59,935 nt of DNA, filler included, from Circinaria calcarea (GCA_051942165.1; 12 parts of 12 records of this genome joined end to end with filler, not necessarily neighbours in it), one strand, 5' to 3'. Counted from the first letter of the whole stretch, positions 11,982-25,556 are shown. A program made the numbers and translations. The notes: a model not told the origin generated them from the letters alone.

Positions 11982-13907
11982 ATGACTACACGAATGAACG
12001 AGCTCCTCCCAATTGCGCATCGGTCGACATATACTCGGGCGCCAAGCGATGATAATCTTCCAATAAAGCCCAGCCTAAGCGATAATGCTCTCACCCCTGA
12101 AATGCCCGCCCAATACCAAATGCAAACCAACCTCGAACAGTTTTCTCATCGCAGGATTTTTCTGAAGTTGCTTGCCTCGTGGGTTTCGACCACCATTCTG
12201 ACTGCTTTGGTGGTCGCATTGGTTGCAGGCTACAAAGCCCAAGGGATTCTCACACCAACTCAAAAGTCAATATACAATTTCCTTGCAACAGTCTTAATCC
12301 TCATGCTAGGAGTCAGCTTTTTTGTAAGTAGACCGTGCGGCACAGAAGAATGCTGCGATTGACAACTTTTGCACTTTAGGAAGCTTTCAAGGAGCTTGCC
12401 AGACATATGTCGGGCCAGATAATCAATCTGTTTGGATCACAAGGAGATGAGAGGAAGCTGATAGATGGCTTTGACAGTCTACTTAAGGTGACTCAGCTTG
12501 CCTTTGTGACTTCAAAATGGTCATTACGGACATTCTGTATAGTCTGGGTAAGTCTCTTGACTGATTGAAGGATCCCCCTTGATTCCCCCTAATCTTCCAA
12601 GCGATTGCCCAATTCGGTCCATTGGAATATGCTGGAAGGGTTGGCCAGTTCTCTAACCATCGAGGTTTATCTTTCTCGCTGGTTGCTGAGGATGTCTGAC
12701 CCATGCTGATCTCTGTCTATCCCTAGCTCTTGATTAATTTTGTTAGTATGCACCTTCCCTTACAACTCGATTCTATAGGCTGATGACTCGCAGGGCGCAC
12801 AGATGTTGAGTGCCCTGATAAGCTTATATGTGACCGTTGATGACGGTCACGATTATAATAGCATATATCTCAGGGCGGGCAATAGCAGGGTCTCGAAGCT
12901 TGATTGCCTTTACCACCACTTCAAGTGCCCGCCTTCTGGCATCGTCACCAGACATGCACTTGCCCATGCTTATGGAGATATGACGTGGGAAACTATCCTT
13001 GGGGACTACGATAACATTCCAAACCTTCTGCAGAACAAAACAGATCTTCAGGTGTGGCACCGTCGCGACCCGAAAGAGTTCACCCACCGTTTCAACGAGT
13101 ACAACAAGAACGACACGCAAAAAGCATATCCTCATTTTACAAATCGGTCTATTACAGCGGCTTCTGGTAAATGCGTCGAGTATGATGTGGATAAAGAGGT
13201 AGAGTCCAGCAAAGTGGGAGAGATAAGTGCTTCGAAATTCAAGTACCGAAACCAGACGTTCAGTGATACCATTAAGATCCCGGAATTGGCTTTGGGCAAT
13301 GAAGGTACTACTTATATCTATCGAGGTAAAGCTCCAACTGGCGCTGCTAGTGATCCTAGAGTGGTTTGCGGTGACCGGTGCATGTACATGTGGGTATTTA
13401 GGAATAAGCGTAATCCGAAGATCTACCAATGTCCGATCACTGTCGGTAATGTGAGAAACGCGGAGCACTTGGAGCATAATGTCCCAGATGGAGTGGCTCG
13501 GCTGGTAGCGGTGTCGATTGCACTTCAAGGTCAATTTCGATGGAATTCCAAGAAGGATAGGGACTTTGAGCAGTTTCAATGGTACGCTAATGGGTGAGTA
13601 GAGAGGGCGCTTACGGGGGTTTTTTTAATGCATACACAGCTGACTCTTCGTTTACCTTAGATCTCCCTGGGAAATACATAATCACACCAACGCAGAAATC
13701 GGTAGTAAAGTTGCCCAGTTCGCAATAGGTACTTTATCTACGTTGGTGAGGAATAACCCAGGAATTGATCTTCCTGGTATGGTACCTTATCTTGGTAGCC
13801 GTCTTATGGTAAATACGTCAGCTCTTGCCGCGATCTTGATCTGCTTAGTAGCAACTCACTTTATTATTTTTTCTTTAACTTATATATTTGCTCGCCAAGG
13901 CGGATAA
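11982..13907 (+). CDS. Hypothetical membrane protein, 5 exons including a 15-nt micro-exon at 12727-12741
   Basis: Consistent GT-AG splicing. N-terminal hydrophobic helices, a large Cys-containing domain with N-glycosylation sequons (12803-13593) and a C-terminal TM helix; stop TAA at 13905-13907. Confidence 0.7.
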
Positions 13908-14137
13908 TCTATAAGCAGAGCAAGTAAGTTGGCCCAAAATACATAGGGGGAAATCGCCGGGGGGGAAGTCGTCCGGTCTTTTTCAGAAATTACAATTTCA
14001 TACCTTGAAAATTGAAAACTTAAAACTTGAATTTTTTTAATTTCATCCGAAAAGTGCAATTTCATACCCCACCCCCAGATTTTTAGTGATTGGCTTTCTG
14101 TTAATGGAAGGTGGCTAGTGTTAAGGTTACGCCGGAA

Positions 14138-14288
14138 GGTCGCTGTCACTGCCGCAAAGACCCACTGTCGCAGAGGTCACTGTCGCAAAAGGTTACTATC
14201 GCAGAGGTCACTGCCGCCAGTGGCATTACGACCCAGTGGTATTGCGACACAGTGTGACAGCGACAGTAACCCACTGAAAGCCGCGACA
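14138..14288. repeat. Array of ~15-16 bp units (GAGGTCACTGTCGCA-like, about 5 copies) followed by inverted variants
   Basis: Direct units at ~14138-14215, then GCGACA-containing units; GCGACAGTAACC is the reverse complement of GGTTACTGTCGC. Confidence 0.6.
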
Positions 14289-14451
14289 ATGAATTGAGCC
14301 TATTAACCTCGGGCCGGGTTCTTAAACTAATACTCTTCTGACAATAATATGTCCTTCGAGGTGTAAGGGTGCTAGGATAGGCTAAACTTATGTAATAGAG
14401 TGGTACACGATTACCGGAACGTAATATTGGTCTACAACTATTCCGCAGGTA

Positions 14452-14640
14452 TCTATAAGCATGCTATTCTAAAGAGCGGGAATAGCCTACCTATATAATA
14501 GTGCTGCTCTCGTGGCTCCCACTGCTCCCCTATAGGAGTATAGGGAGTACCCGGAATAAGTTATATGTTATGTTCCCGGTGCTCCTATTATCAAAACCCG
14601 GGAGTACTAAAAGCATCCGGCCCCTAATTCCTCCCGTTCC
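14452..14640. mobile_element. Degenerate dispersed repeat related to the LTR-like relic at 25159-25397
   Basis: TCTATAAGCATGCTATTCTAAAGAGCGGGAATAGCCTACCTATATA aligns by eye with TCTATAAACATGCTATTCTAATGAGTGCCGAATAGCCTGTCTATATA on another contig. Confidence 0.55.
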
Positions 14641-15049
14641 GGACCTTCATTAACTTGTAACGCGCGCCAGCGCGCAATTGCCCTGAAACGCATGGTCTAC
14701 TACTAAATACACTACAACACGTAGAATGGAGCCCGCGCACTGGCGGGCGTTACCAGTAGTATAGTATGAATAGAGCATGCGGTATTACATGGAAAGAGCA
14801 CGCAGCATAGCTTGGCAAGAGCACGCAGTATATCAGTCCTCTACCAGATATCCCTTAGCTATGCCGCATCCGGTTAAATGCCGCAGCATGTCCCCCCCCT
14901 CTATTTTTAATAATTTATTATTATAAAACAACAGCAATANNNNNNNNNNNNNNNNNNNNNNNNNNNNNNNNNNNNNNNNNNNNTTAATTAATTAANNNNN
15001 NNNNNNNNNNNNNNNNNNNNNNNNNNNNNNNNNNNNNNNCAGTCTCGTC

Positions 15050-16304
15050 ATGACCGACATTCGAAATGAAGGAGGCGAAATGTCCAACCTCAGCGATGCG
15101 CTAGGCAGAGTAACCATTCACAATGACATCAGCCACGATGATCGCACCGGCCCTGATGGCGAACCTCTCCCACGGACCGATGAGGACTACGCTCAGGCTC
15201 AATTGACTTTGCGTGCTATCGTGTCTTCGAAGGAGGCCGGTGTCATTATCGGCAAGGCTGGGAAAAACGTTGCGGATTTGCGTGAAGAGACTGGTGTTAG
15301 GGCTGGTGTTAGCAAGGTTGTGCAAGGTGTCCATGATCGAGTTCTTACCGTCACTGGCGGTCTCGAAGGGATATCAAGAGCTTATGCTATCGTGGCAAAA
15401 GGCCTGTTGGAGGGAGCTCCACAGATGGGCATGGGTGGAGTAATCTCTAGTAATGGGACACATCGTAAGGAACCCTCATCCCGATCCATGCCACCATTCT
15501 TCTTCCATCCGCGAGTGATCTCACTAGTTTCTTCTTTTGTTTTTGACTGGTATCGTGACATAACATTCTGGAGGAACAAGTAGCTAACGTGATTGCGTTA
15601 TAGCCGTTCGCCTTCTGATCTCTCACAACCAAATGGGTACAATCATTGGCCGACAGGGGCTTAAAATCAAGCATATCCAGGACGTATCAGGAGTTCGTAT
15701 GGTTGCCCAAAAAGAAATGTTGCCGCAATCAACCGAGCGTATTGTTGAGGTACAAGGCACTCCTGATGGTATCCAGAAGGCGATATGGGAGATTGGTAAA
15801 TGCTTGGTAGATGACTGGCAACGTGGATCAGGGACCGTCTTATACAATCCCGCTGTGCGAGCTGAGGTGGGACGAAATGGTCCATTAACGAATGCCGGTG
15901 CGACTCCAAACTATGGAGGGAATCGCTCGTACAACCGCACAGGCAACGGGGCTGACTTCAGCGACAATACCGCTGGCTCGTATAACCGGCGCTCCAACTC
16001 TGATGCAGGAAACCGCGGTCCACCTCCCACTACAACAGAAGATGGCGAAGAAATTCAAACTCAGAACATCAGTATCCCTTCCGACATGGTTGGATGTATC
16101 ATCGGTCGCGCCGGTAGTAAGATCAGTCAGATTCGAAAGGACTCCGGTGCTCGTATCTCTATCGCCAAAGCACCCCATGACGAAACCGGAGAGCGTATGT
16201 TCACCATCATGGGCAGCGGAGCGGCCAATGAGAAAGCCTTGTATCTTCTGTATGAGAATTTGGAAGCCGAGAAGATGCGCAGAAGCCAGCAGCCACAAGA
16301 CTAG
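15050..16304 (+). CDS. Triple-KH-domain RNA-binding protein (Rnc1/Hek2/Pbp2 family); intron 15465-15603; 5' end may be incomplete
   Basis: Three KH GxxG loops: IIGKAG, IIGRQG and IIGRAG. Splicing restores THPVRLLISHNQMGTIIG. Confidence 0.9.
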
Positions 16305-17579
16305 ATCAGACGCCTTGATTGTCCTCATAAGAGGCGGACCTTGCTGGCCATGCTCTGCACGAACTCACAGGGTCCATTGCGACATTCAGCCGAGATGATG
16401 ATGACTTCGAAATTAGACTTGACGTTGCCATTTGCCACTGGGTCTCTCCCCATACTCTATCTTCTCATTTCCCCCAAAAGCGTGTTCAACTTCCTTCCCT
16501 CTCTGCTCTCTTAACGACAAGTCCTTTTCACCCTTCTGTTCAGAGCCTCCTACTACGAGGGGATGAACCTTGGGCCATGCCTGCAACATTCAACGGCATC
16601 AACTAACGACCATGCGACCCGGCCCCTCACCTTCGCTTCATCCACATTCCACTGCTCTCTAATTCCCGGTTGGATGCTCCAACGCTCCCCGGCTCCCGCG
16701 ACGAAGTCCTCCTGCACCTTACCTGATCGTCAGCCTACGCCTTCGCTTCCGTACACACTCTCTCCACTCCCCAGCAACCGCCTCTGCAGGTTCCCGAAGC
16801 CGAAAAGCTCAAGACTTACGTACGGAATGGAGCCGGTGGATCAGTGAGCCGTCACTTAGGTAGAATAGAAGGGGGCTACATCCAGGACCCTTGGGGTCAT
16901 CTGATATTAGATGGGCGCCCTTACAGATATAGTCAAAGTAATCAAAGCTCTCATATCTACACAACATGAAATGCTGTGCTTTTCAACCACGGTCCATAGC
17001 TTGGAAGTAGCAGTTGATGTGAGGGGGAGTGAATGTTCATTATCTAGTACCTTGGATTTCCGTCGTGGGTCTAGCCTCGATTAGGGTGCCCCCACGTGCA
17101 TGTCTCCCACGGGTTGGAGGGGTTCAAAGTGCGTCAACTACCGTAGTCCCAGATCTCCCGCATACTGTGTATGACTGTACCCCAGCTCCCCAGAAGCCCG
17201 AAAGACCCCTTCCGCCAACTGACGAATGATCGCAGGCGGAAGGGTCCCACTGCATTTCCGAACGGTGTTACATGCGTCTGGTGGGCCGGGTCAGCAACAG
17301 TCGTTCACATTTCTTTGCCAGGCTCTGCCAGGTCACAGGATCCAATCTTGTCCTCGAACAGTCTTCACAGGGCGCAAAGCGCCTAGCAGAAGAGGGAGCC
17401 ACGTCCTCCATGCTCCCGGCGGCAAAGGATCCCAGATGACGACCTGATACCAGTACCTATCTCCTCTTGTCGTGTTGGGACATACAAAGCCACAAAATAG
17501 CGGTCAATCCTTCCCAAACCCTTCACCGTGGGGACAAGAGCTGCATTTCAGGCGGCATATTGCGTCGGAGCGCAAGAGA

Positions 17580-19948
17580 ATGCCAGACGTGCAGGAGCAG
17601 GAAAATGGTATGTACTGCACACAAGTGTTGGACATGCTCCTTGCCCTAGATCTTGCATGAGTCCTAATAGATCATGGAATTCTTTAGGTCTCCTAGAAGC
17701 TACAAAATCTGCGCATAGGGCACAGAGATCCCCATCACCGCCACGTCCCAATGCTCTTTCTCTCCCAAAGAACCGAAGCACAGGAAACTTGTTGGCGGAA
17801 CCGGTCAAGCCAGCAGAGGGCACGCGGATTCGTTTCTCCTTTGATGCCGGAAACTCTAAAGATCATGATCCGTTGGCAAGGCCTCCAATCATGCCGGAAC
17901 ATGAGCATGGACTGGGCGTCTCTGGACTTCGGCGTATCCGGCAGCAGCCCCCATTACGAATTCCTACACTTCCCTCCTCCCCAGAATCATCCTTCACCTC
18001 AGCCTCGAGATCCTCATCAATGACCATTAACATGCCATCTGCGCGCACATTCACCCCTGGGGGGCCAGCATCACCTACACTAAACTTTAGCGAAGATCTA
18101 TCACGGTTTCCTTCCGAGTCATTGCACTCATTCTCGTTTGCCCATCAGTCCGAGGACGTTTTACATAACCGCCAGAATATGCTGAAAAGATCTATAGATT
18201 TTATGCGTGATAGGTTGGGTTGGGCCGCCAATCACCCCGGACTCGTCAACGCACAGGCCAAAGTCAACGGAGATGTTGAGATTCAGAGTATGATGGAACT
18301 TCTCTCTCAGGCGAAACTACTAGGCAACATCAATATCAACAACGACACCGATACTACCCACAGCCTCCAAAGCCTTCACGGTCCCTTGACTGGTCCCGCA
18401 AACATCCATGCTGGTAATGTGTTTGACAGAAATTTCGTACCGCGTTCAGAAAGTCCCGATCATTTTGACGACGCACCGTCGACCAGAACGCAAGCTGACG
18501 GAATATCAACTGGTAGACCGCCCGGGATAAACCCAGGTCTATCGATTCCAGAAGTCTACCCCAATCAGCGATCCCTAGTGAACGGCCTAGAACCTCAGAA
18601 TGACTTAGTCTTGGCTGCCCGAAGAGCCATGAAAAGAACCTACACGGATACATCCTCATTGTCATTACAAACCAAGCTTATGGAGGCATTGGCCAAACCG
18701 TACGTTCCAGCAGAGAATGGGTCAACTGGCCATTTATTGTCTCCGGGCATGTGGCCTGCGCTTGGCAAGCCAGTTGATGGTGGTAAGCCCATGCTTTCTG
18801 CGATTCATGGACACGCACATAGATGGGCACCAGCCGCCCAGGCCATATTTACTACTAAGGCTCATGCTCCGTGGACGATACTTGCAGCAAACGATCTTGC
18901 ATGTCTGGTCTTTGGTGTTACTATGGCCGAAGTAAGAAAACTCGGTATACTAGAGGTTGTAAGAGAAGACCGGCGGAAATGGCTAGAGGAAAAGCTTAGA
19001 TCACCAGGCTCGGAGGCAGTCGCTAAGGCTAAATCACGACGTAATAGCCCTACTCCCTCAACTTCTATTGCCGTGAAGGGTGGCATCACCGCGATGTTAC
19101 TTAGCAAACCTCCAGCAAGGATTGCGAACAGAAGAGCGCAAACGGATGACGGTAGTGGGTCTAGCTTGAGCCAGAAGAACCCTAAAGGCAACCCAAATCA
19201 TCCAGGAAACAAGTCTCGAGGTGTACTGCTTTGTGGAGATGTTATCCCAATCCAGAAGCGTAATGGAGCTACTGGATCGGCAAGCTTGTGGGTGAAAGAA
19301 AAGCGAGGCGGCCTCATTTGGGTGCTTGAAGAGATTGTTGAGGATATTGCTTACTTGACTCTCGATGCAAGTGGCCGGGTATCCACCGCTATTGGGGCGA
19401 GCGAGCAGATATGGGCCGAGAGTAATAACATAGGAAGAGATGTGCGACAACTGATTCCAAACATCCCCAAAGGGGTCTCTACACCAATCGATTACGCGGC
19501 CATTGAGAAGTTGAAACACTTCGCAGCACGCACTTCCGATGGTTTTTGTGTCCCGACCTTTATCACAGCAAACCCAAAAATCCAAGAGTTACGCGTGTCC
19601 AGCTTTCCCCACATAGCTGGTATATTAGTACTGTCGGCGGACTCGCTGAAAATAATAAGTTCGAACTCGGTCTTCTCAACCGCGTTATTCGGCCAACCTG
19701 ATCCGGATGGTTTGAGTATAACTCAGCTAATTCCCCGTTTCGACAAAATCTTGAAATTTCTGATCGAAGAAGATGAAGTGAGGATGGTCGACGGGATCGT
19801 TATACCGGAGCATAGCTTCCGAAGAGCTCGAGCGTTACTTGCACTACGTGATGGTGACGCTGCAGATGCCGCGGCGATTTTTCTACGGCCCACAGGATTA
19901 GTCGCAAAGCATCGTGATGGCTCGGACATTAATGTGGACGTGCAGATG
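17580..19948 (+). CDS. PAS-domain Ser/Thr kinase (Psk1/Ppk6 family), N-terminal part; intron 17608-17687; kinase domain lies beyond contig end
   Basis: Blocks SEDLSRFPSESLHSF, AAQAIFTT...PWTILAANDLACLVFG, RGVLLCGDVIPIQKRNG and AKHRDGSDINVDVQM are characteristic of fungal PAS kinases. Confidence 0.8.
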
Positions 19949-20048
19949 NNNNNNNNNNNNNNNNNNNNNNNNNNNNNNNNNNNNNNNNNNNNTTAATTAA
20001 TTAANNNNNNNNNNNNNNNNNNNNNNNNNNNNNNNNNNNNNNNNNNNN

Positions 20049-20299
20049 CTCTCCGCACGGTGGGCCCGAGCGATATTCGGCATATCAAGAATGAAGTGCT
20101 TCAGGCGCCGGAGCCGATGTGCTATATTCTGGATCCGGGGTTCAGGTGCGAGCAGGAGGCGTGGGAGAGGGTGAGGAATGGGACGGCGGTTGTGAGGGAT
20201 TGGGTTGTCGTGGGGAAAGTAGAATCGGTGGGAGTGGGTGGCGCTTTTGAGAAGGAGGGGGGGCAGAAGGTGCTGGGGAGTGGAGATGGAAACATTTGA
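20049..20299 (+). CDS. Probable 3' end of an unidentified gene
   Basis: Open frame near the contig start with coding-like composition (SDIRHIKNEVLQAPEPMCYILDPGFRCEQEAW). Confidence 0.3.
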
Positions 20300-21362
20300 T
20301 GGAAGTCGTAGGAGTAAGGAAACTTGGGCAAAGTCTATTGAAGCAAAAACCATCCGGATGGAAAACGGTAGTACGCTCTTGTAGAATGTCCGTGACTATC
20401 AAGTCCGTGGAATTACAACATCTCCATTCCTCCTCCTTGGTCCAAAGCCCTCCATTCCCCTTCCTTGATTCTCAGTCGCAATTGCCACAGACACCAACCA
20501 GGATCTCATGACAATGTACTGGAAATCCAAAAAACCCCCCAATCATATCCCTATCTCCCTACATTTGGTGAGAAAGATTGTAAGGAGGAAGAAAGGGGAG
20601 AAGAGTATAGATGAGTGGGATGACAGGGAAGTTATATATCTCTAGGAAAAGGGATGATGTGATGGTGTAACCATGGATGGGTTGGAGGAATGGGGCGGAG
20701 TAAATAGAGGGCATTCCAGCTTTGAAGGAGTGAGGCGGGTTCGATATCTGGATTGAGACTGAGTCTAGAGGTTGGGTTGGCGGTGGTAATTAAGAGATGG
20801 TTTGGAGGGGGTTGGACGGTGTAAGCGGGATAAGTTGTTCACTGTGATAAATGATAGGAGAGTAATGGGTCGCAGAGAGGAACGGATGGGAGAGGGGAGA
20901 GCTGTCTTGGTAGGTAGAGGTGGTTGAGGGTTGGATCGGTATGTTGTAGTACTGTAGAGAGGGAGAAATGGAGGTATTTTGTTTCAATTGGGGGGGGGAT
21001 GCTGGAGGAACATGCTTGTGGAGTCGTGGTACTCGTGCTTGACCACTGATTTGAGATGTTGTTGAAGCTAGACTGTTTTCCAACTCATAGATGAGCGTGA
21101 TCTTCAAATGGTACCCCTGCAAACCCCACCAAACGTACCACAAATGCATTCTCCCAAGCCGTCTAGCCCGTTTTCTGAGCAAGACTAATGGAAACCAAGA
21201 GACGGACGGTCAGCTTCACTGCACTTCGTTTGAGGTTGGACTTGGTTCCTGTTTCTGTCGAGAAAAGGACTTTGACCGCACCCGATCCTCGGCACTGATC
21301 TCCGTCGATCTATTCCTCGCCACAGCCAGAGCCGTTGCTTCTTCAACCACACGCGGACTAGG

Positions 21363-22703
21363 TTATGACACGTTAGTACTCGCCTCCACTGATCCTTCCG
21401 GAGACTGAGTTGGAGGTTGGAAATACCTTTGACCAATGATACCAGATGCTCTCAATCTCAAACTATCCCAAAACACATAGCCCAATTTGCGTAAGCCATT
21501 AGAGAAGTGACTATTCCACCTCCCTGATGGTTTGTAACCATGCGACCAAAGCCATGCTTCGTTCATTTGGTTGACCATGTCCGTACCGAATTCTAAGATC
21601 GTATTCTCCCTGAGTAGCTTTCTCTCATTTTCATTGAATTTGCTCTGCTGCGGCGGCACACGCAAGGCTTCGGTCAGGAATGATTCACTATATCCAGTAT
21701 TCGCCTCTAGCAATCGCCTGCGTTCTTCTCCGTCCGCCTCAAAGAGCTGACGAAAGAAATGCAAGCCTAAAGAGAGCATGTACTCCGCATACGAATCATG
21801 ATCGCCGAATTTAGACCTGGTGGAGAAGAATCGATCTGCTTCAGACCAACGATCAGGCGCAAGTTCGTCATCGTCAGAGACGTCGGATGTGTCCTCAACC
21901 CCCAAATCATCCAACTGATGTTCCCCCTCTTCGTGATGGGCTTCCTTCTCAAGGTTCCCTCCCCCAGAGATGGTGTCATCGCAAGTAGTTATAAGCTCCT
22001 CAGCCAGGGTCGCTGACACAAAATCATCTTCGGCTTGATCAAAGGCATCGGCAAGGCGGTAGATAAAATAGTCCCGAACGCAGACTAGCTCTTCGATCTC
22101 CCAAGGTGGAAATTCCGTGAGAAAGATTTGTGCCTGCTTCAATGCGCTCCAAATTGTACCGGTAAAATAAGGCCTGGCATAAAACAAACAACCATAGATT
22201 TCAAACCGAACAAAGGCCCTTTGGAGTCTTGCTTTTTCTATGGTTGAAAGAGGAGCATGTAGTTTTTCGATATCTCTGCTAGGCTGAACGCACTGCTGCA
22301 GGGCTAGGATCGATCGCCGCGTAAAGTCCTGAACGAAATAATTGATAGATCGATGAAGTTTGCACAGCGCTATAGATGTTGAGAGAGGAAGGAGATGCTC
22401 GGAGTGATTTCGCTTCCGATCCTCAGCATAGTTGTTGATGAACTTGATGACAGTCTCTTTGTCTGGGCCTCGGTCGAGGCGCGATGCGTTGACTGCAGTG
22501 ATGGCGTCGGGTATCACATCTGAGGGGTATGTGTTGTGAACAACCGACGAGAGTATCCTCGTCTTCGACAACAGAAAGACCCGGTAGACTTTGGAGGATG
22601 CTCGAACGAGGGAATGAAGGTCTTGTATCGAGGGAATCTGTGTTAAGATAAGATTCAACAGTTCTGGTGCGAGTCCGTCCAAAGAACTGCCGGTAGGCTC
22701 CAT
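21363..22703 (-). CDS. Hypothetical protein with an F-box-like N-terminus (3' end may be spliced)
   Basis: 446-aa ORF beginning LDGLAPELLNLILTQIPSIQDLHSLVRAS, with EKARLQRAFVRFEIY, PPWEIEELVCV and LRKLGYVFWD motifs common to an uncharacterised fungal family. Confidence 0.7.
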   Translation of the reverse strand: MEPTGSSLDGLAPELLNLILTQIPSIQDLHSLVRASSKVYRVFLLSKTRILSSVVHNTYPSDVIPDAITAVNASRLDRGPDKETVIKFINNYAEDRKRNHSEHLLPLSTSIALCKLHRSINYFVQDFTRRSILALQQCVQPSRDIEKLHAPLSTIEKARLQRAFVRFEIYGCLFYARPYFTGTIWSALKQAQIFLTEFPPWEIEELVCVRDYFIYRLADAFDQAEDDFVSATLAEELITTCDDTISGGGNLEKEAHHEEGEHQLDDLGVEDTSDVSDDDELAPDRWSEADRFFSTRSKFGDHDSYAEYMLSLGLHFFRQLFEADGEERRRLLEANTGYSESFLTEALRVPPQQSKFNENERKLLRENTILEFGTDMVNQMNEAWLWSHGYKPSGRWNSHFSNGLRKLGYVFWDSLRLRASGIIGQRYFQPPTQSPEGSVEASTNVS

Positions 22704-25158
22704 CTTCGAAAGGGTGAAGTCTGATATGTGCAGCTTCTGTGAAGTTGGTGAGATTAAGTCGAACTGTTAATCGTACTTCGAAACGCGTCACGTTACGTGT
22801 TTAGTTAATGAAGGTGAGTAAGGCTTAGGTCATTTGGGTGAGTTCAAGTGAAGTTATCTCCTTCGACAAAACTAATTCGTGTGAATATTGGAGATTCACA
22901 TTCATCCGAATGCGTTGCCTTTTGAATCGCGGCAAAGTAAGTTAAAATATTCTTCGCCATCACAACTGGAGCTTAGAATCTATATGAATTATCTTAATCA
23001 ACGTTCCCTAATTGCCTACCTTAGAAGCTTCTAATGAGACCACCAGGTTCCGAGTCCTTTTTGTCATCCTTTTTACATTGGCAGTTACGCTCCTCACCGC
23101 AGCTCGTTGTAGAAACTAGAACGTCTATCTTGGTTTACATCTTCTCAGCTTAGGCTTTAGCTTTAATACGATCTCCAGTATGGTGACTTCTAACTACTTT
23201 CACCGCAATGAACAACAATGTTCCTAGGGCCGCGATATCGGACCAAGGATAGAAAAAATAGCAAGAAGAGAAACATAGAAGGACCCAATGTCCCAATTGG
23301 CGATCGAATTCCTCCGAGAATAAAGACTTCAAGCAATACCAAACCCATACGAGAAGAGTCAGATGGCGAGGAAAGAGAGTCTATGAGGGAGCTAGAGAGG
23401 ACGCAAAGGAAGATTATCGGGAGCTCACTAGAGGGAAGGAGCATATGGAAAAATATTACGAGGACACTTCGGATTGTCTACTACCCTTACAAAATAAGAG
23501 AACTGCAACCCAATGCAGCCGAATCGGAGGATAAGGCCTACAAACATGCCAATGGAAGGGCGGATCTTCTGAAACAATATCCATTCGCTCTTCCTGATCC
23601 TAAGAGTTTCAATGGTCATCGGGGGGCCGCCATCAAAGCTTATGACACCCATCAGACTGCGCTCAGTACTACCAATAGATATCAAATATATGCTTCGTAA
23701 GTGAACTCCGGAACCAGGTCCCAACAGCAATAATAACACTCTCCAGTGATGCAATTGATACTCGTCGGGACCTCTACGGGCAAGAAGTTACCAGGGGCTA
23801 CCAGCCGTCTCCCTTTCCGTATCCGTCTTTTGAGCCTCAACCGGGAGAATGCTCCAAGCACCTGAGCAGCAGAGCATCCGGCTACTGATGAACAAGCAGG
23901 ACCAGCACCAGTGCCACCGACGCTCCCCCGTGGTTTCGTTATACCTCGAGCTGAAATCCCAGCAAAGCGCCAAAATTCCCTTGATCCGGGGCGCTGAATT
24001 TACTAAAATCGAGGCCCTTGATTACTTGAACGTGTACTAAAAGTCTAACTACAGGCTACCTCCTTAGGTATAATCTATTTCTTGGTTTCTCTTTCTTTTG
24101 GATTCTTATAGGTATTTCAGATAATACATTGGCCTAAGATTTTGCTTGCAGTTTTACCGGCCAGCAGTCTGTATAGGCGAAGGGAGGGTTTGTACCATAT
24201 TCTCCTAGATAACTCTAAACTCTCAAGGCTTAGCAGTCAAAACCAAGTTGAGAACCTAAAGTGGTACATATGCCTTCCAGAGTCTGCTTATAAGCCAGCA
24301 CCAGGCCACTTCCCCACCGTTGGATAGTTATCTCAGTGTTGAACTGAATGCGTGAAATCAATAAGGCGTAATGGAAAATCGTAGGGGCTAAGTACTAGTA
24401 GTATAATAATAAACAGAGGTACAATTGAAAATAGTTTCATACCACTTACAGAACATTCTCCGTTTGCGCGATTATTTGAGAGATGAGTTGCTTTGCTGAC
24501 AACTTATATATGATCCACAAAAGGGAAAAGCTTTGCAGTGAAGAAAGGGAAGGGGAAATAGTAATTAATGTGAGTCTCTTACGTCTTGTCCTTAGGAAGC
24601 CGTATACACGTGGGATGACATTCTCTTTACAGAGGCTATTTAAGCTAATGATTTTAAAAGTTCCTTAAAAGTATTATGCCGCAATGGACAGATGAAGAGG
24701 TCGAGAGACGTCACGCTGCAGAATTACCCCCCAGCGCCTGGCTCGAAGCCCTCGCAAGTTGCGAAGGTCTATCGAAAGTATAAGGACCTCCAGGTTGAGA
24801 GTAAAGAGAAGAGAAACTGTCAAGAATAGGGGTTCTACACTGCGTGGAGGAACTAGTATTCGGAGCGGTCGAACCATCCACCGAACGCACACATAGCAGA
24901 GGTTTTCTGCTATGCAGTTCCATAGTGAAGTCCACACACATAGACTGGTAGTTACCNNNNNNNNNNNNNNNNNNNNNNNNNNNNNNNNNNNNNNNNNNNN
25001 TTAATTAATTAANNNNNNNNNNNNNNNNNNNNNNNNNNNNNNNNNNNNNNNNNNNNCTATTGAGGAATGTGATAAGTCCCGATTGGTAATAGCACGGTTA
25101 CATAGAGTGTAGTTGAACTATTGCCTTAGGCTTAATATAAAAGGAGTATATTGAAACT

Positions 25159-25397
25159 CGTTATGGTTCTATAAACATGCTATTCTAATGAGTGCCGAAT
25201 AGCCTGTCTATATACTGCGGTTGCTCCCTTTGCTCCCGTTGCTTCTTGCTTGATCACCGGAAGCAACGTGAGCGCTCCCTATGCTCCCTATGGTTACACA
25301 GAGCATCATCGTGAGCAACCCCGGAGCTCGGTCCCTATGGTCCCGGGACTTTACCCCGTTAGTCCTTAGTGCATGCTATGGTGCTGGCGCCATAACA
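25159..25397. mobile_element. Solo-LTR-like relic
   Basis: Begins CGTTATGG and ends CCATAACA, a near-perfect terminal inverted repeat of TG...CA type, with an internal TATA-like motif. No clear target-site duplication. Confidence 0.5.
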
Positions 25398-25556
25398 AGA
25401 TTGAATTTTTAAGAACACTTAAAAGCCGCTGCAAATCCCCGAAGCACAACGAAGAAACACAATAAATCCCAATTAACAATAACACAGATTACAGTACACA
25501 AAATACAATTAAACCATTACCCCCTAAACCCAATATAAAAACGAGTATATAGAATT

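Noticed and set aside
17528..17687. ORF-track N-terminus of the PAS kinase (MGTRAAF...)
   Set aside because: It reads through an intron; ATG 17580 with intron 17608-17687 is the better model.
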